This document shows positions 34,788-48,821 of a DNA stretch of 54,320 bases, piece by piece. The notes beneath the pieces are model-generated. The model did no database searches, was not told where the DNA came from, and worked only from the letters and a program-made list of their open reading frames with translations. The translations under genes were made by a program, and so were the position numbers. The stretch comes from Chiloscyllium plagiosum (Eukaryota). The DNA lies in the NCBI RefSeq assembly GCF_004010195.1, contig NC_057720.1:10842595-10896914 (forward strand), read 5' to 3'. The first letter of the stretch is position 1. Every line of letters starts with the position of its first letter.

Positions 34788-35287
34788 NNNNNNNNNNNNN
34801 NNNNNNNNNNNNNNNNNNNNNNNNNNNNNNNNNNNNNNNNNNNNNNNNNNNNNNNNNNNNNNNNNNNNNNNNNNNNNNNNNNNNNNNNNNNNNNNNNNNN
34901 NNNNNNNNNNNNNNNNNNNNNNNNNNNNNNNNNNNNNNNNNNNNNNNNNNNNNNNNNNNNNNNNNNNNNNNNNNNNNNNNNNNNNNNNNNNNNNNNNNNN
35001 NNNNNNNNNNNNNNNNNNNNNNNNNNNNNNNNNNNNNNNNNNNNNNNNNNNNNNNNNNNNNNNNNNNNNNNNNNNNNNNNNNNNNNNNNNNNNNNNNNNN
35101 NNNNNNNNNNNNNNNNNNNNNNNNNNNNNNNNNNNNNNNNNNNNNNNNNNNNNNNNNNNNNNNNNNNNNNNNNNNNNNNNNNNNNNNNNNNNNNNNNNNN
35201 NNNNNNNNNNNNNNNNNNNNNNNNNNNNNNNNNNNNNNNNNNNNNNNNNNNNNNNNNNNNNNNNNNNNNNNNNNNNNNNNNNNNNNN
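34788..35287. other. Assembly gap (500 N)
   Basis: Run of N with a round placeholder length. Confidence 1.
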
Positions 35288-35519
35288 ATTAAACCGCAGA
35301 CCCAGCCAGAGAGTAACTGGGTGTGATGACAGGATTGAGACAGCTAAATGTTGGACGTTTCTGTAACACACAAGCCCATGGATGGTCACAAAAGAACGCT
35401 CATCAAATGTCAGATTGTTAAAGAATTCCCTTTCGATTGCTTAACCGACAGCATCAATGATAAATAAAACTACTAAACACAGTCAGTGATTGCAATAGGT
35501 ATTCAGCTACTGGTCCTAC

Positions 35520-35681
35520 CTGAATCTTTGTAATGAGCTTTCGATCCTCTGGTATTCCAGGGTTAATAGCAATGACGACATTTTCGTAACCATTATTCAC
35601 CAGTTTCACATCAGAACTTCTTACAGCATAGATACAAACCAAGCTCACAAGGGAGAGGAGAAATATCTTGACAAATTTCAT
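35520..35681 (-). CDS. CLCA: CLCA coding exon 1 (gene B, or another copy across the gap)
   Basis: MKFVKIFLLSLVSLVCIYAVRSSDVKLVNNGYENVVIAINPGIPEDRKLITKIQ|GTAGG; 162 bp. Confidence 0.93.
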
Positions 35682-35745
35682 TTTTGAAATCCAACCAGAG
35701 CACCCTTTTAGTCCCCAAGTGAACACGTCTGTGAAGTTACTGCAA

Positions 35746-35751
35746 TTTATA
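35746..35751 (-). promoter_or_regulatory. Candidate TATA box
   Basis: TATAAA on the minus strand ~65 nt upstream of the ATG; conserved with gene A. Confidence 0.55.
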
Positions 35752-35859
35752 TTGATCTGCATCAAAGCACTTTAGGTCAACTGTGCATTTATTACTTATA
35801 TCTGATGCTGTATAATAAGGAAATCACCTTCAGCAGTTTTTTAACAGCATAATATTGTA

Positions 35860-36345
35860 TTCCCATGACTCACTGTATACCCATGACTGCGTCGCTAAAT
35901 ACCAGACTAATGCCATTTACAAGTTCACTGATGACACCACCATACTCGGTCAAATCTCAGATGGTGACGAAACAGACTACAGAAGGAAGGTGGAAGACCT
36001 GGAAAACTGAGAACAACCTAGCTCCCAATGCCGTCAAAACCAAGGAACTCATTCTTGACTTTCGACGGATGTTACTCATGGCCCCCTACACATTAACAGC
36101 ACAGAGGTAGAATGAGTGGAGAGTGTCAAGCTCCTGAGAGTGGTCATCAACAGCAAGCTTTCTTGGACTCTTCATGTAGACGCACTGGTTACAAAGGCCC
36201 AACAACGTCTCTTCTCCCTCAGGCAGCTGAGGAAATTTGGCATGACGGTGAATACCCTTGCCAACTTTTATATGTGTGCCATTGAGAGCATTCTCTCTGG
36301 ATATATCACTACCTGGTATTGGAGACGGTTGCAGAGAGTGGAATC
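35860..36345 (+). mobile_element. Rex1/Babar-like LINE RT fragment
   Basis: THDC...KFTDDTT...KTKELILDFRR...KAQQRLFSLRQLRKF...FYMCAIESIL, typical of that clade; frameshifted. Confidence 0.7.
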
Positions 36346-37858
36346 TCTGCTAATGTACTTTATGCTGGTTTATCACCACACTTTCAAGAGCAGCTTGGGA
36401 TGAACAAGAAATGCTGGCCAGCCACCATGTATTGTTCAGACTGTAGCCTATTTGCCATGTGGAAATGAGACATTAAACTGTTGAATTTATGTAAATTCAT
36501 AGAGAAGTACAATAAAACTGATAGTATCTGGGCATGTACCTGGGGTCAAATGCAGTCAGCAAATCTAAAGCTAACCCATTATAGTTTGTGGCAATCATAG
36601 GAATCAATCATAAACTTCCTTTCATGTATACTATAACTCTCAGAAGCTTGGACCTCCTCCAACTTTGACTCTTAGTTTACTGTAAATACAAAGGGAAAAA
36701 TTCTTCAACTTCCGTTAGAGGAATATTCCGGTTAATGGAGGGCAAGATATTACTTCTAAAGGTGATATGGAGGCCCAGACTAAATTGCAAAGTACGTTGC
36801 TGTTTGAACATAACAGGCAGTGAATCATCTCTGAACCTTCTCCTGAACAATGTCTGACCCAAAGAACCTGGATGTGCTGCAGATAAGTAATGCATGTTTT
36901 CCTCCACACATTGTCCAATCGTTGATCAGGAAATATGAAATCCCATGAGTTCCATTTATAAGGAACAATAAAAAAAAGCAATGACTTCCAGAAAAAGCTT
37001 CAAAAATGTGTTCACACTCACAATTGCAATGAAAACCAACTGGCTTCTACAGAAAGCAGCTAAAATAATTTAAGTCCCTGGAACAAGTTTAAGAAATTAT
37101 TTTCCTCAGCATTGAGTGAGGCAACATATTAAAGCACATTGTAAGGAACCACATCTCTTCTTTTTCTTTGAACTATAAACTAGGAAATGGAAGTTGCACG
37201 CGACTCTGTTGATAAAATACCGAGAGTTCTTACAACCGAAAGGTCAACTGGGGTTCTGTGGTGCACACTTCAATTAAACAAGATTTAGTTACGTTTGCAT
37301 GTAGTGAGCTGGATACTTTAGGAGACACAGCAGTACCAAGAATCTCTGAATATAACATACCTGCAGTGTAGAAGAGTTAAGCTCCAGATGGAATAGTGCG
37401 TGCAGTTCTTGTTGCCACACAACCGGAAGGATGCGATTGTACTGGAGAGGCTGCGGAGGAGATTCACCAGGATGTTGCCGGGGTTGAAACTTCTCCATTA
37501 CGATGGGCGACTGGATAGGCTGGGTTTGCTTCCCTCAGACAGAGGAGGCAGGGTTGGAGGGGCAGACTGATATATACAAAATTGTGAAAGGAACAAGTAG
37601 AACTTTTTTCCCAGGGCAGATATGTTTCCAAAATTATGAAAGGCCCAAGTAGAACCAGGGCAGATGTGTCTCAGATCAGATGGCAAAAGTTTAAGGTGAG
37701 GAGTAAATGGCTGAGAGGCGATCAAATGTAAAATACTTTCAGCTAGACATTGGTAGAAATATAAAATGGCCTGTTTGAGGGGTTAGTGAAGGAAGATGCT
37801 CTCACAATATTTATGAGGCATCTGGATGAGCACTTAAAATGCACAGGCACAGTAGGCT

Positions 37859-37942
37859 GAAGGACTTTTACCCGAAACGTCGATTTTACTGCTCCATGGA
37901 TGCTGCCTGAACTGCTGTGCTCTTCCAGCACCACTAACCCAG
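37859..37942 (+). mobile_element. 84-bp Penelope-derived insertion with 10-bp TSD
   Basis: acagtaggct at 37849-37858 and 37943-37952; empty in the paralogue at ~10999-11008; begins within the hammerhead motif (gaaggacttttacccGAAACgtcga). Confidence 0.8.
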
Positions 37943-39811
37943 ACAGTAGGCTATGGATAAAGTTCAGGTAAATGGGATTAGTGTAGTTTGGCGTTTATTG
38001 GTCAGCAGACAAGGTGGGCCGAAGGACTTGTTTCTATGCAGTATGACAAACAATGATAATAGCCTTTTGCACCAGCTTAAGATGAAGGTTCATAATCCTG
38101 CAAGAAAGTGCATTGAGACACATCCAGAAGCCTGTAAATAACAATGACGAAAAGAAATGCCATTGACCCCTCGAGAAGGAATTCCAAAACAAAAAATACC
38201 AAGGTCCACTTGATCAGTTCCCAATCAAACATCGACCACTGCTCGGCCACAATGTCATGTCACCATTGCTGAGAATCAAAAGAAGTGTGAGAAAAAATTC
38301 ATCCTACCCTTTTTGGTCTGGCACTCTTGTGATGCAGTGTCCCTACCTCTGAACCAGGAGACCCAAATTCAAGTCCCACCTGCTCCAAAGGATGTGTAAC
38401 AATATCTCAGTACAGGTTGTTTAGAAAATATCTACCCTTGTAGTTTAGGGATTGATCTATAGATTTTTGTTTTTCTTCTGTATTTTGTCACCTATAATGT
38501 TTCTGTTAAGCTGTCTGTCTTTGTTTGTCTTATTGATAGATGAGTGTGTGGAGCTTCGAGATTTAAAAAATATACTTTAAGCTGCAAACTCGTGTACTTT
38601 TGTTGTCATTTGTTAAAGAGTACGTTTGCTTGCAATAAGCAGTGATCTCCTTGTTCATGACAAAGCCTGCTGTGAATTACACTTACACAGTCATACGTCA
38701 TAGAGCTGTACAGCACTGAAAAAGATCCTTTGGTCCAACTCATCAATGTCAACCAGATATCCTAAATTATTCCAGTCCCATTTGCCAGCATTTGGCCCAC
38801 ATCCCTCTAAACCCCTCCTGTTCATATACCCATCCAGACACCTTTTAAATATTGTAATTGTACCAGCCTCCACTACATCCTCTGGCAGCTCATTCCATAC
38901 ACGCACCACCCTCTGTGTGGAAAAAGCTGCCCCTTCAGTCCCTTTTAAATTGTTCCCCTCTCACCTTCAACCTGTGCCCTCTAGTTTTGGACTCCGTTAT
39001 CCTGGGGGAGCGACCTTGGCTATTCACCCTATCTATGCCCCTCATGATTTTATAAAGCTCTATAAGGTTATCACTCAGCCTCAGACTCTCCAGGGAAAAT
39101 AGCCCCAGCCTTTTAAGCTTCTCTCTATAGCTCAAACCCTCCAACCCTCGCCACATCCTTGTCAATCTTTTTTGAACACAAGTTTAACAACATCTTTCTG
39201 ACAGCAGGAAGACCAGAATTGAACGCAATATTCCAAAAGCGGGCTAACCAATGTCTGTACTTCCACAACATGGCCTCCCAATTCCGATACTCAATAATCT
39301 GACCAATAAAGGCAAGCATACCAACAACTGTCTTCAAACAACACTTTTATTAAAGAACTAGTAACAATCAAAACATAAATTATTTTAAAACTCATTCTAT
39401 ATGTATTGTGCATGCATGCATATAAACATGGACTCGAAGGGAGAAAGGCAACTTCATGTCAGCACAAAAGGTAACCCCAAATTGATCTGTTCAACACAGT
39501 CCCCAAAAGAGATAACGTTGCCCTGGATACCAACATTACCAAGTCTCTGAATATCCATAGACAGGGTGGACCCATCTGGTTCATTACTTTATTGATGTCC
39601 ATTCTTCCACAGTCTTCGGTAGCTGACTATCCCACTCTGGATGCTGGATCGAATGATGGAGGCAGTGCCCTGTTAAGTACAATTTCAGCCCACAGGGTTC
39701 AGCCTTCATCCAGACTTCCTCAAAATAAGAGAGAGTGACAATCACAAGTCTCCTGTCAAACCCCTCTCACAGGCACTAGAAGTATTGCAAACTCCACAGA
39801 ACTCAAGCTCC

Positions 39812-40281
39812 TTATACTTCCTTTAGTGTACAATAAAACATGTACAAACACCACACCGATTCTGCATCACAAACAGCAAGAATGTCACTGTCACAGTCCA
39901 GTTAGACTCCAATGTTCTCCAGTTGGTTTTCATAGCGGAAATACCTCACCTCGGTGTCATGTTGGGCACAATAAAGGCCCCTTTCCGAGCAAGAAAACAC
40001 CCACAAGTTTTCCTCAGATCCCAGTCTGCTTCCTGGAAGCATGTGTGGAATACTCTGGTAGGCTATCCCCACAGCCCAGGAAGGAATGTCTTTCACATTA
40101 ACCCCCCAGTAGTGAAGTCCAGTGATGTAGCCTGCCGTGGCAAGTACATTGAGAGAGCTGCAGAAGTGTTCTGCGTTACACAACTTACTTTGCTCCGCTT
40201 CAACAACTTCAACTGCAGGACGCTTCCTGCTTATTTTCTGCTGGAGATGAGCACTTTTTGCATCCAATAGAATAGCTTGAT
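39812..40281 (-). pseudogene. B30.2/PRY-SPRY domain exon, copy 2 (acceptor mutated)
   Basis: ILLDAKSAHLQQKIS...GLHYWGVNV...IGV*LDC; same TAA (39904-39902); acceptor reads CG instead of AG (40283-40282). Confidence 0.8.
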
Positions 40282-43200
40282 CGAGAAGATGGGGGAAATG
40301 AAAACATAGATCAATTAAAATCACACTGAAATGAGAAGTGACTAGACTTTGACCAGAACCCTCAAAATTTGGAATACTTGAATCAGATCCCCTCTCAGTT
40401 CTCTTTTCCAAGTGAAACAGCCCTATCAGAAGGATGGCTCGGGAAGTTGTTACCAAGGGGCTGCAAATAGAGCTGAACTGTAGAATCAACAGGGACCACC
40501 CCACATTGGAGATCCTAATGGGAGGATGTTTACTAAAATTAAGTAGCTGGAAGTGTCTGGCCTAATATCACAGTCCAAGGGACAATCGCTATCTGGTCTG
40601 TAACAACCACAAGCATCTTGCTTTTTGCCTAACGCTATGGTTCTGGCTGTTGGAAGGTGTTCACTTTGACACGTACGAACCAATATTTCTAGGATTCCAT
40701 AGTGTCATACTCAGCTGATGTCAAAGTTGGTTTCTCTACGCTTTGCCCTGTCACTCAGCTCTGATGCCAATGCTTGGATCAAATTCTGTAGCCAGGATAT
40801 GTTCACAAAACCTCAATTGAGCATCATAATTATGAATGAATAGGTGTCACTTGACTACTGTCAAGTCCCTTCATCATCTTACTAACATTGAAATAACTGC
40901 TTGAATAATATTAATGCAATAATTAACCAAATGGAGTTTGACAAACTAGATATTATGGAGGTCAGGAAAATGAGAACTGGAAAGTACAGGTAACAATCTT
41001 TTTTACATAAATAAGGCTTACATAAATGACTAAAAATGACAAACATACATACAGGAACCAAGGGTTCCAAGGAGCAACCTTTTCATGCAGAGGGTGCTGT
41101 GTGTATGGAATGAATTATCAGAGGTGGTGGTGGAGGCTGGTTCAATTACAACATTCAAAAGGCATCTGAATGGGTATATGAATGGGAAGGGTTTAGAAGG
41201 ATATGGCCATATGCTGACAAATGGGATGAGATTAAATTAGAGCATCTGGTCAGCATAGATGAGTTGAACTGAAAGGTCTGTTTGTGTGCTGTGCACTGCT
41301 GTGACTCTATGACCCAAATGCAGTATTCAAAATTCTAATGTCATACAAGTTGATTTGTTTTAATTACATGAAAATGATTTTATCCATGTTACTGTCTGAC
41401 CAAAATGGAACATGACACATGAAAGTCATCGGTAGACACTTGCCAGTTTTATCGGCGCTCTTTTTCTTTAAGATGGTAATTCTCTAGGTCTAGTGTGGAT
41501 GATGAGGTAAAAGAAATCTGTTCATCACACTGGTCAAAAACTCCTCTCATCTAGAAAATTATGTATTTTTGCAATTTGGATACTACAGCATGTTCAGTTT
41601 CACTGACCCGATTGCATTTTGCACTAATGCATGCAACACTGACTTACATGAAAAAATTCACTTTACGATGTTAAAATTCTTCTCTTTGCTCTTTGTAAAA
41701 CACGCCTCTACATTTTGTAAGTCATTTCTCATATCCTGGAGATCCTTTGAACCATGGTCCTGTTCTTTAATCTTAGTGCTGTGAAAACATTAACAATAAA
41801 AAATGCACTGTAATTTATCTTAAATAGACCAGAAAAAATTGTGAATCGAAATGACAGGTTTCCAAGTTTTAAAAGTGTTTCTTCAATTTTTGTTTAAACA
41901 CACACACCAAAGGCCAGTCCCATCCAATGAATCTTAGGGAAACATGGTCTAGACAGAAACAAACTGCTACTTTGCCAGCATGCAACAAATATTTCCATCT
42001 ATCAGAAACACTGCAGGCTACGTTGTTACTGCTGAATTCCTGTTATATGGAGCCTTTGGTTGTTAGAACACCGCTATATTATTGTGTGGCCTACTATATT
42101 CAACCCAACATATCACGGGTGAAAAGATTTTGGTTTTTTTGTTCATTGATGGGATGAAGATGGCATTTATTGCCCATCCTGCAATTAAGAGTCAACCACA
42201 TTGTTGTGGGTCTGCAGTCACATGTAGGCCAGACCAGGTAAGAACACAGAACATAGAACAGTACAGCACAGTACAGGCCCTTCGGCCCACAATGTTGTGC
42301 TGAGCATTTATCTAAGATCAACGTAACCTACGCACACCTCAATTTACTGCCGTCCGTGTGCTTGTCCAGCAGTCACTTAAATGTCCCTAATGTCTCTGCC
42401 TCTACTATCACTGCCAGCAGTGCATTCCACTCACCCACCATTCTCTGCATAAAGATGCTGCTGCCTGACTTCTTGTGCTTTTCCAGCAACACACTCTCGA
42501 CTCTGCGTAATGATCCTACCTTGACATCTCCCCGATAACTTCCTCCAATCACCTCAAAATTATATCTCCTCAAGACAGCTATTTCTGCCTGGGGGGAACC
42601 ATCTCTGGTTATCTACTCTATCTATGCCTCTCATTACCTTAGATGACAGCTTCTTTTCCTCAGGGACATTACTGAACCAGATGGGTTTTTCCCCTGACAT
42701 TCAATAATGGATTCAGGGTCATCACAAGATTCTTAATTTCAGGTTTTTTTTTATTCCACCACCTGCTTTGGTGGGATTCAAACCCAGGTCCCCAGAATCT
42801 TCGTTGGGGGTCTGGATTAACAATCCAGTGATAATACCACTTGGCCATCACCTCTCCTTGAGTTGAGTTGACTTTTACTTGTTTGTATATTTCCAACAGT
42901 AAGAAAAAAAATTGTACTTCATTTGTTTGGGATGACCTGTAATGCTGGAAAATGCAAATCAAATGCAAATCTTTCTTTGGAATAGGATAGAAATTGTCTT
43001 TTACTTCCTTGTTAGATTACTCTGAGAGAGTATGCCAGTAGTGCAAATTTCGAAATTTGATTTCATCAGGCATTAAAGTCAAGAGATTACAAATAAAGCT
43101 GCCTAATCTGAGATACAATGTTTAGTAATTGTTTAAGAGTCACTACATGTGGCAACTCTAAAAATCACAAGATCGTGTTCTCATGGTGTGCTCTGCATTT

Positions 43201-46200
43201 GTTGCCATCCCCATCCCTAACTGCCCACCATTTCAGAGGATAGTTAAGAATCAACCATACTGCTGTGAGGCTAGAGTCACATGTAGAGCAGACTGGGTAT
43301 GAATGCCAGAGATCCTTTGTTAAAAGGACATCTGTGAACCAGACGGATTTAACAATGTTCGATGATAATTTACATGCCGACTATTACTGAGATTAGTTTT
43401 ATTTCCAGATTTATTAACACAATTTAAATTACATTAGTTGCTATAGCAAAAAACAATGACAGCAGGAGCAATGGCCCGCTGGACCGCTGGACTGTTAATC
43501 CAGATACCAAGGTAACATTCTGGGGTTTAAACCAAGGTTCAAATCCTGCCATGACAAATGGTGGCATTTGAAGTCAATAAACATCTGAAATTCAGAGTCT
43601 AATCACAACCATGAATCCATTATTCATTGTCAGGAAAACCCATATGGTTCACTAAAAAGACCATCCTTACCTGATTGGGCCTACATATGACCCAGAGCAC
43701 AATTATCAAAGCAGAGAATCCCTGCAGTGTGGAAGCAGGCCATTCAACCAATTGAGTCCATACTGACTCTCCAAAGAGCATCTCACCTGCATACTCCATC
43801 CCTGTAACCCTACTAATCCACCTAGCCTGCACATCCATGGACAGTACAGGCAATTTAGCATGGCCAATCTACCTAACCTGCACATATTTGTACTGTGGGA
43901 GGAATCTGGGCAATAAATGCTTGCCTAAACAGGGATGCTCACATCCCATGAATGAATATTTTATTAAAATACACCTCCCCAGAATCAGAGCTGCCAAGAT
44001 TTTAGGTGGTGTGTGCGTGTGTGTGTGTTTGTGTGTGTATATAATCTGCTCCAATAGTAATCATTTCCCTGTAAGATGAAAACATGAAATGCACTCAACC
44101 ATTTAGTTATCTGGCTGCCCAGCCCCCTCCCATTAGTGGGGCTTTTAAGAAAGCCTTTAAAGGAGTACTGGGCAGGATAGGATTTGGATTATGTTTGGGA
44201 CCCCACCCCCCCACCGAAGGGAAAAGATTGTCTATTTATCCTATCCATGCCCCTCATGGTTTTGTAAACCTCTATGAGGTCACCCCTCAGCCTTCAACAC
44301 TCCAGGGAAATCAGCCCTAGCCTATTCAGCCTCTCCCTGTAGCTCAAACCCTCCAACCCTGACAAAACCCTCATAAATCTTTTTGGAACCCTTTTAAGTT
44401 TCACATCTTTTCCATAGAAAGGAGACCAGAATTGCACACAGTATTCCAAAAGTGGCCTAACCAACATGACCTCCCAACTCCTATACGCAATGCTCTGACC
44501 AATAACGGAAAACATACCAAACGTCATTGTTTTAGAGGGGTTTAAAGGGTGCAATGCATCATCATAAAAGTCAAGGCTGTGAGCCGAGTGCTGGAAAGTG
44601 GGGTGGGCATGGTAGCTCAGTGGGTAGCACTGCTGCCTCACAGCACCAGGGACCGAAGTTTGATTCCAGCCTTAGGCAACTTGTCTATGTGGAGTGGGCA
44701 CATTCACCTATTTCTGCATGGAGTTCCTCTGGGTGATCTGGTTTCCTCCCATAGTCCAAAGATGTGCAAGTTAGGTTGATTGACCATGCTCAATTGCCTA
44801 TATTGTCCAGGGGTGTGCAGTCTATGTGGATTAGCCATGGGGATAAAGCAGGGATAGGATGGGTTTGGATGGAAGGCTTTTTGGGGGTCCGTGTGGATTC
44901 AATGGGCTGAATGGCCTGCATCCTGACTGTAGGGATTCTATAGATTTAGTCTCACTTTGGTGGCACAAAGCCGATGGGCTGAATGGCCTTTTTTCTCCTG
45001 TATGATTCTGTGAAAAGCAATGATAAGTAAATTGCAGCTGCACCTTCATTACAAATAAATGACATCAATGGGATACGTGAATGGAATAATTCTGCAAAAA
45101 TATTGAAAAGCAAGATTTAAAGCATTCATTGCCTACTTGTATTGATGTTTCAAAATGGCTTACTTAGCTGCAAAGTCCTTTGGGACATTCTGTGATCATG
45201 CCAATAATTATTTAAATACAAGTCTTCTCTTCTTTCGTTGTGTTTTTTGGTTGAGATCTGCCTTGTCACCTCTCAGACACTGCACCTCTCAATGATCATT
45301 TGCATCAGAAGCAATTAGGAATTTCTTTTTCTTTTTATTAGATTAGATTCCCTACAGTGTGGAAACAGGCCCTGGAATAGTTTGGAGGAGGGAGTAATAC
45401 ATAATGTGAATCCAAATCATTTCTTCTGTTGAATTGCATCTAATCAGACGCTTGAAAAGGCCTTGTCACAGTCCTCCAAAAACTAAAATCCATTAGCAAG
45501 ATATAAACTCTGCTTGCCTTCATTGCTCAATCCTTTGAGTATCGGAGTTGGGAAGTCCTGTTGAGGTTGTACATGACATTGGTAAGGCCTCTACTGGCAT
45601 ATTGTGTCCAGTTCTGATCACCCAGGTAGAGGAAGGATACTACCAAGCTGGACAGGGTTCAGGAGGGATTCATCAGGATGCTTCCAGGTATGAAAGCTTT
45701 GAGTATTAAAGAAAGGCTGAAGAGGCTGGGTCTTTTTTCACTGGAGGGTCGGAGGCTGAGAGGTGACCTGATAGAAGCTGATAAAATAATGAGGGGAATA
45801 GATAGAGTAAATTGTAATCGTCTTTTCCCTAGGATGATGGATTTCAAAACTATTGGGCACATTGTTAAAGTTAGAGGGGAGAGATTTAAAAAAGACATGA
45901 GGCAAATATTTTACAGAGACGGTGGTTCACATGTGGAAATAACTTCCTGTGGAAGTGGTGGATGTGGGTACAATTACAACATTTAAAAGACATTTGGATA
46001 ACTACATGAATAGGAAATGTTTGGAGGGATATGGGCCCGGAGCAGGCAGGTGGGACTAATTTAGTTTGGGACTCTGTTCGGCCTGGACTGGTTGGACCGA
46101 AGGGTCTGTCTCCGTGCTGTGTGACTCTATCTCTCAATGACAGAAATGTGTCTTCCTGATTAAAGTGTTCCTGAAGGACCAAGATTTAAATTGGGACTCA

Positions 46201-46400
46201 GAATGAGGAGCTTCCAGTTTTAAATTGCGGCCTTCCATCGGCTGATGTCCCTGCTGGCCCCAAAATGGATTCATATTGAAGTTGGTGGCAAATTTTCTTT
46301 GGTCAAATGGAAACAATATGAGGTTCCAACCACAGGCAGGAAAATGAAACATCAGTAAAGGATAAAGAATCAGCTCAAATCTCATATTGCCCAGCAAAAC

Positions 46401-46406
46401 TTTATT
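46401..46406 (-). terminator. Candidate poly(A) signal, CLCA gene C
   Basis: AATAAA on the minus strand ~250 nt after the stop codon. Confidence 0.55.
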
Positions 46407-46658
46407 AGATTCTGTCAGTCCTTTTACAGAAAGACACTTTACTTGTACATTTAATTTGTACAGGTTGGATTTAAACACCATTACTGTTTGATGTGACACA
46501 ATCTCAACTCAACATCAGGAGGAATGCTCAATATTCACGTAAACTTCAACTTTTTTGACCACAAATTTTGAACATGAATTAAATTGCACCGTGATAAATT
46601 GAATGTTGTTGAATTTTGATGATGTTGCTGACTATCTCTGGCTTTAGCTGTACATTTT

Positions 46659-47161
46659 CTAACTGGGTGATACTCTGCCCTGACGTTTTTTAGTCACAAC
46701 ACATACAGTGATGGAAATGATCAAGGAGACAACAATGACAACAATACCAACAATAACAAGAATTTCTGAAATGTTAATGACTACACTATTATGAGGTTGA
46801 GTTGGTTGGAAAGATTGTGTTGCCTGGGAAGATTGGGTTGTTTGGGAAGATTGTGTTGCCTGGGAAGATTGGGTTGGCTTGGAAGACTGGGTTGGTTGTA
46901 ATGTGGGAGGTGGACTAGCCAAAATTAAAGCAGCTTGCGCTATATTCGATAAGGCCGAAGACTGGTTTCCTTTATCAAATGCCCGAATTGCAAAGTAGAT
47001 TACTGTCCCATTTTTCAACTCGATGTTCTGAGATACTGTGAATGATTCCTCTGAGTTAGCCACCTTTGGCTTCAGGTCTGTGGTGCTTACACTTTGAGCA
47101 TTTGGAAAGTCATCCCTCAGCTGTGCGAAGCTTTTGCTGAACTTTATTTCGTAAAAGGAAG
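46659..47161 (-). CDS. CLCA: CLCA gene C last coding exon (FN3 end, Ser/Thr/Gln stalk, TM helix)
   Basis: (A)SFYEIKFS...SNIAQAALILASPPPTLQPTQSSKPTQSSQATQSS...ILVIVGIVVIVVSLIISITVCVVTKKRQGRVSPS*. Confidence 0.93.
46795..46900 (-). repeat. Coding 18-bp tandem repeat (~6 x TQSSQ[A/T/P])
   Basis: Periodic gaagattg(g/t)gttg units. Confidence 0.9.
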
Positions 47162-48821
47162 CTACAAGAAAGGAAAAGCAAGTCAATGTATTATTCAGGC
47201 TCTTGATGTTATCCTCTTACACACTGCCAGGTTTGCTGAATACTTAAGTGAGGCAAATGGTAATAAGGAGCTAAACTGAGAGGTTTAAAAATACAGGAAC
47301 AAGAGAAGACCATTCAGCCGAACAATTCTTTATATCTCATTCAGACTCTTCCTTATTAAAGCAAAGATTTTATTTCATTAAGGTAGCTCAGAGAAAGTTC
47401 ACCAAGATGATCCCTGATGTCGAGGAATTGGCTGATGAGCAAAAGTTGAATAGTTTGGAATTCTACTCACAGGTGCTTAGAGGAATGAAATATAATACCA
47501 TTGAAACATTTAGGATACTTAAGCGGCCTGGCAGGGTAAGTGTTTGTTAAATGTTTCCCCTCACGCGAGAGTCTAGAAACCAGAGGTTATTGTCTCAGAA
47601 TAAAAGCACACCAATTTAAGACTGAGACAAAGAGGAATTTTGTTTTCTCTGAGGGTTGGGTGTCTTTGGATCTCCTTGCCACAGAATGCTCCGGGGTCGG
47701 AGTTCTGGTGTCTGTTTAAGGTTTGATCAGGAAGGGAATCCAGGGTTATGGGAAAATTGCAGGAAAGTGGAGGTGAGGAATATTGGATCAGCCACAACTT
47801 TATTTAATGGTGTAGCTGGTTTCAGCCGCTGAATGGCCTGCTGCTGTTCCTATTTCTTCATTGTCTTATTATGGTCTCCCATTCAATATTTTAAGTCTAC
47901 CCATCCCCATTATAATTTGATTGCCTTGAGTATTCCAGAAAATACAATGGTATTTGTGTAAGTGGTCTGAGTGTTTCATGCTCAGGAACATGCCCTTCAC
48001 AATATCTAATTGTACAGTTGGGTGGCCTAGGGGAGTAACACAAAGACACCCAAGAAATTGCGAGTCAATGTCATGGTCTCAATTTTCACTCAGTGGGGAA
48101 TTGGTACATTGGGTAGGAATGGATTATAGGCTGAGCCACAAGCAAATGTTCCCTGAAAGTGTGGATATTGGAAGGAGCTTGACTGGGATGCCTGACCGTC
48201 ACACACATGACAGTGCTCATTGTCAAGACTTGCCCATCTTTGACAGTCACAAGAATAAGGATGCAAGAGCACCCCACTCATAGAGTCATAGAGATGTACA
48301 ACACAGAAACAGATCCTTCGGTCCAGCTCATCCATGCTGACCAGATATCCCAAATTAATTTGCCAGCATTTGGCCGATATCCCTCTAACACTTCCTATTC
48401 ATATAACCATCCAGGTACCGTTTAAATGTTGTAATTGTACCAACCTCTACCACGGGTAGGGGGCATGGGCTGGGTGGGATGTTCTTTAGACACTCAGTGT
48501 AGACTCAATGGGCTGAATGGCCTCTAACAACACTACAAGGATTCTATGATAACATCTTTTGAAACAAAGGTAACGAAACTTAAAGATTTCAGTTTAAAGT
48601 ACGGTCATTCACTTGTAATATAATGTTTAAGAAATGCTAAATGAGTACAATGCAACAAAAATTTCACAAATTGCAAAAGTCACACCCTATTCCCAGTTAA
48701 ACAATGAAACCGACTGACCAACTGATTGATGATGTGATGGAGGCAACGAGACTTAAAATGGGCTGAAAACTCAGCAATGGGATCTCTCCCAATGTATGTA
48801 TTGAAGTATAATTTAAATTAC

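Noticed and set aside
34709..35389. Long ORFs of 226 and 203 aa
   Set aside because: They consist of X residues from the N gap.
40282..40504. N-terminal extension of the 200-aa B30.2 ORF
   Set aside because: Upstream of the former acceptor; contains an old LINE fragment (GLFHLEKR) and is not open in copy 1.
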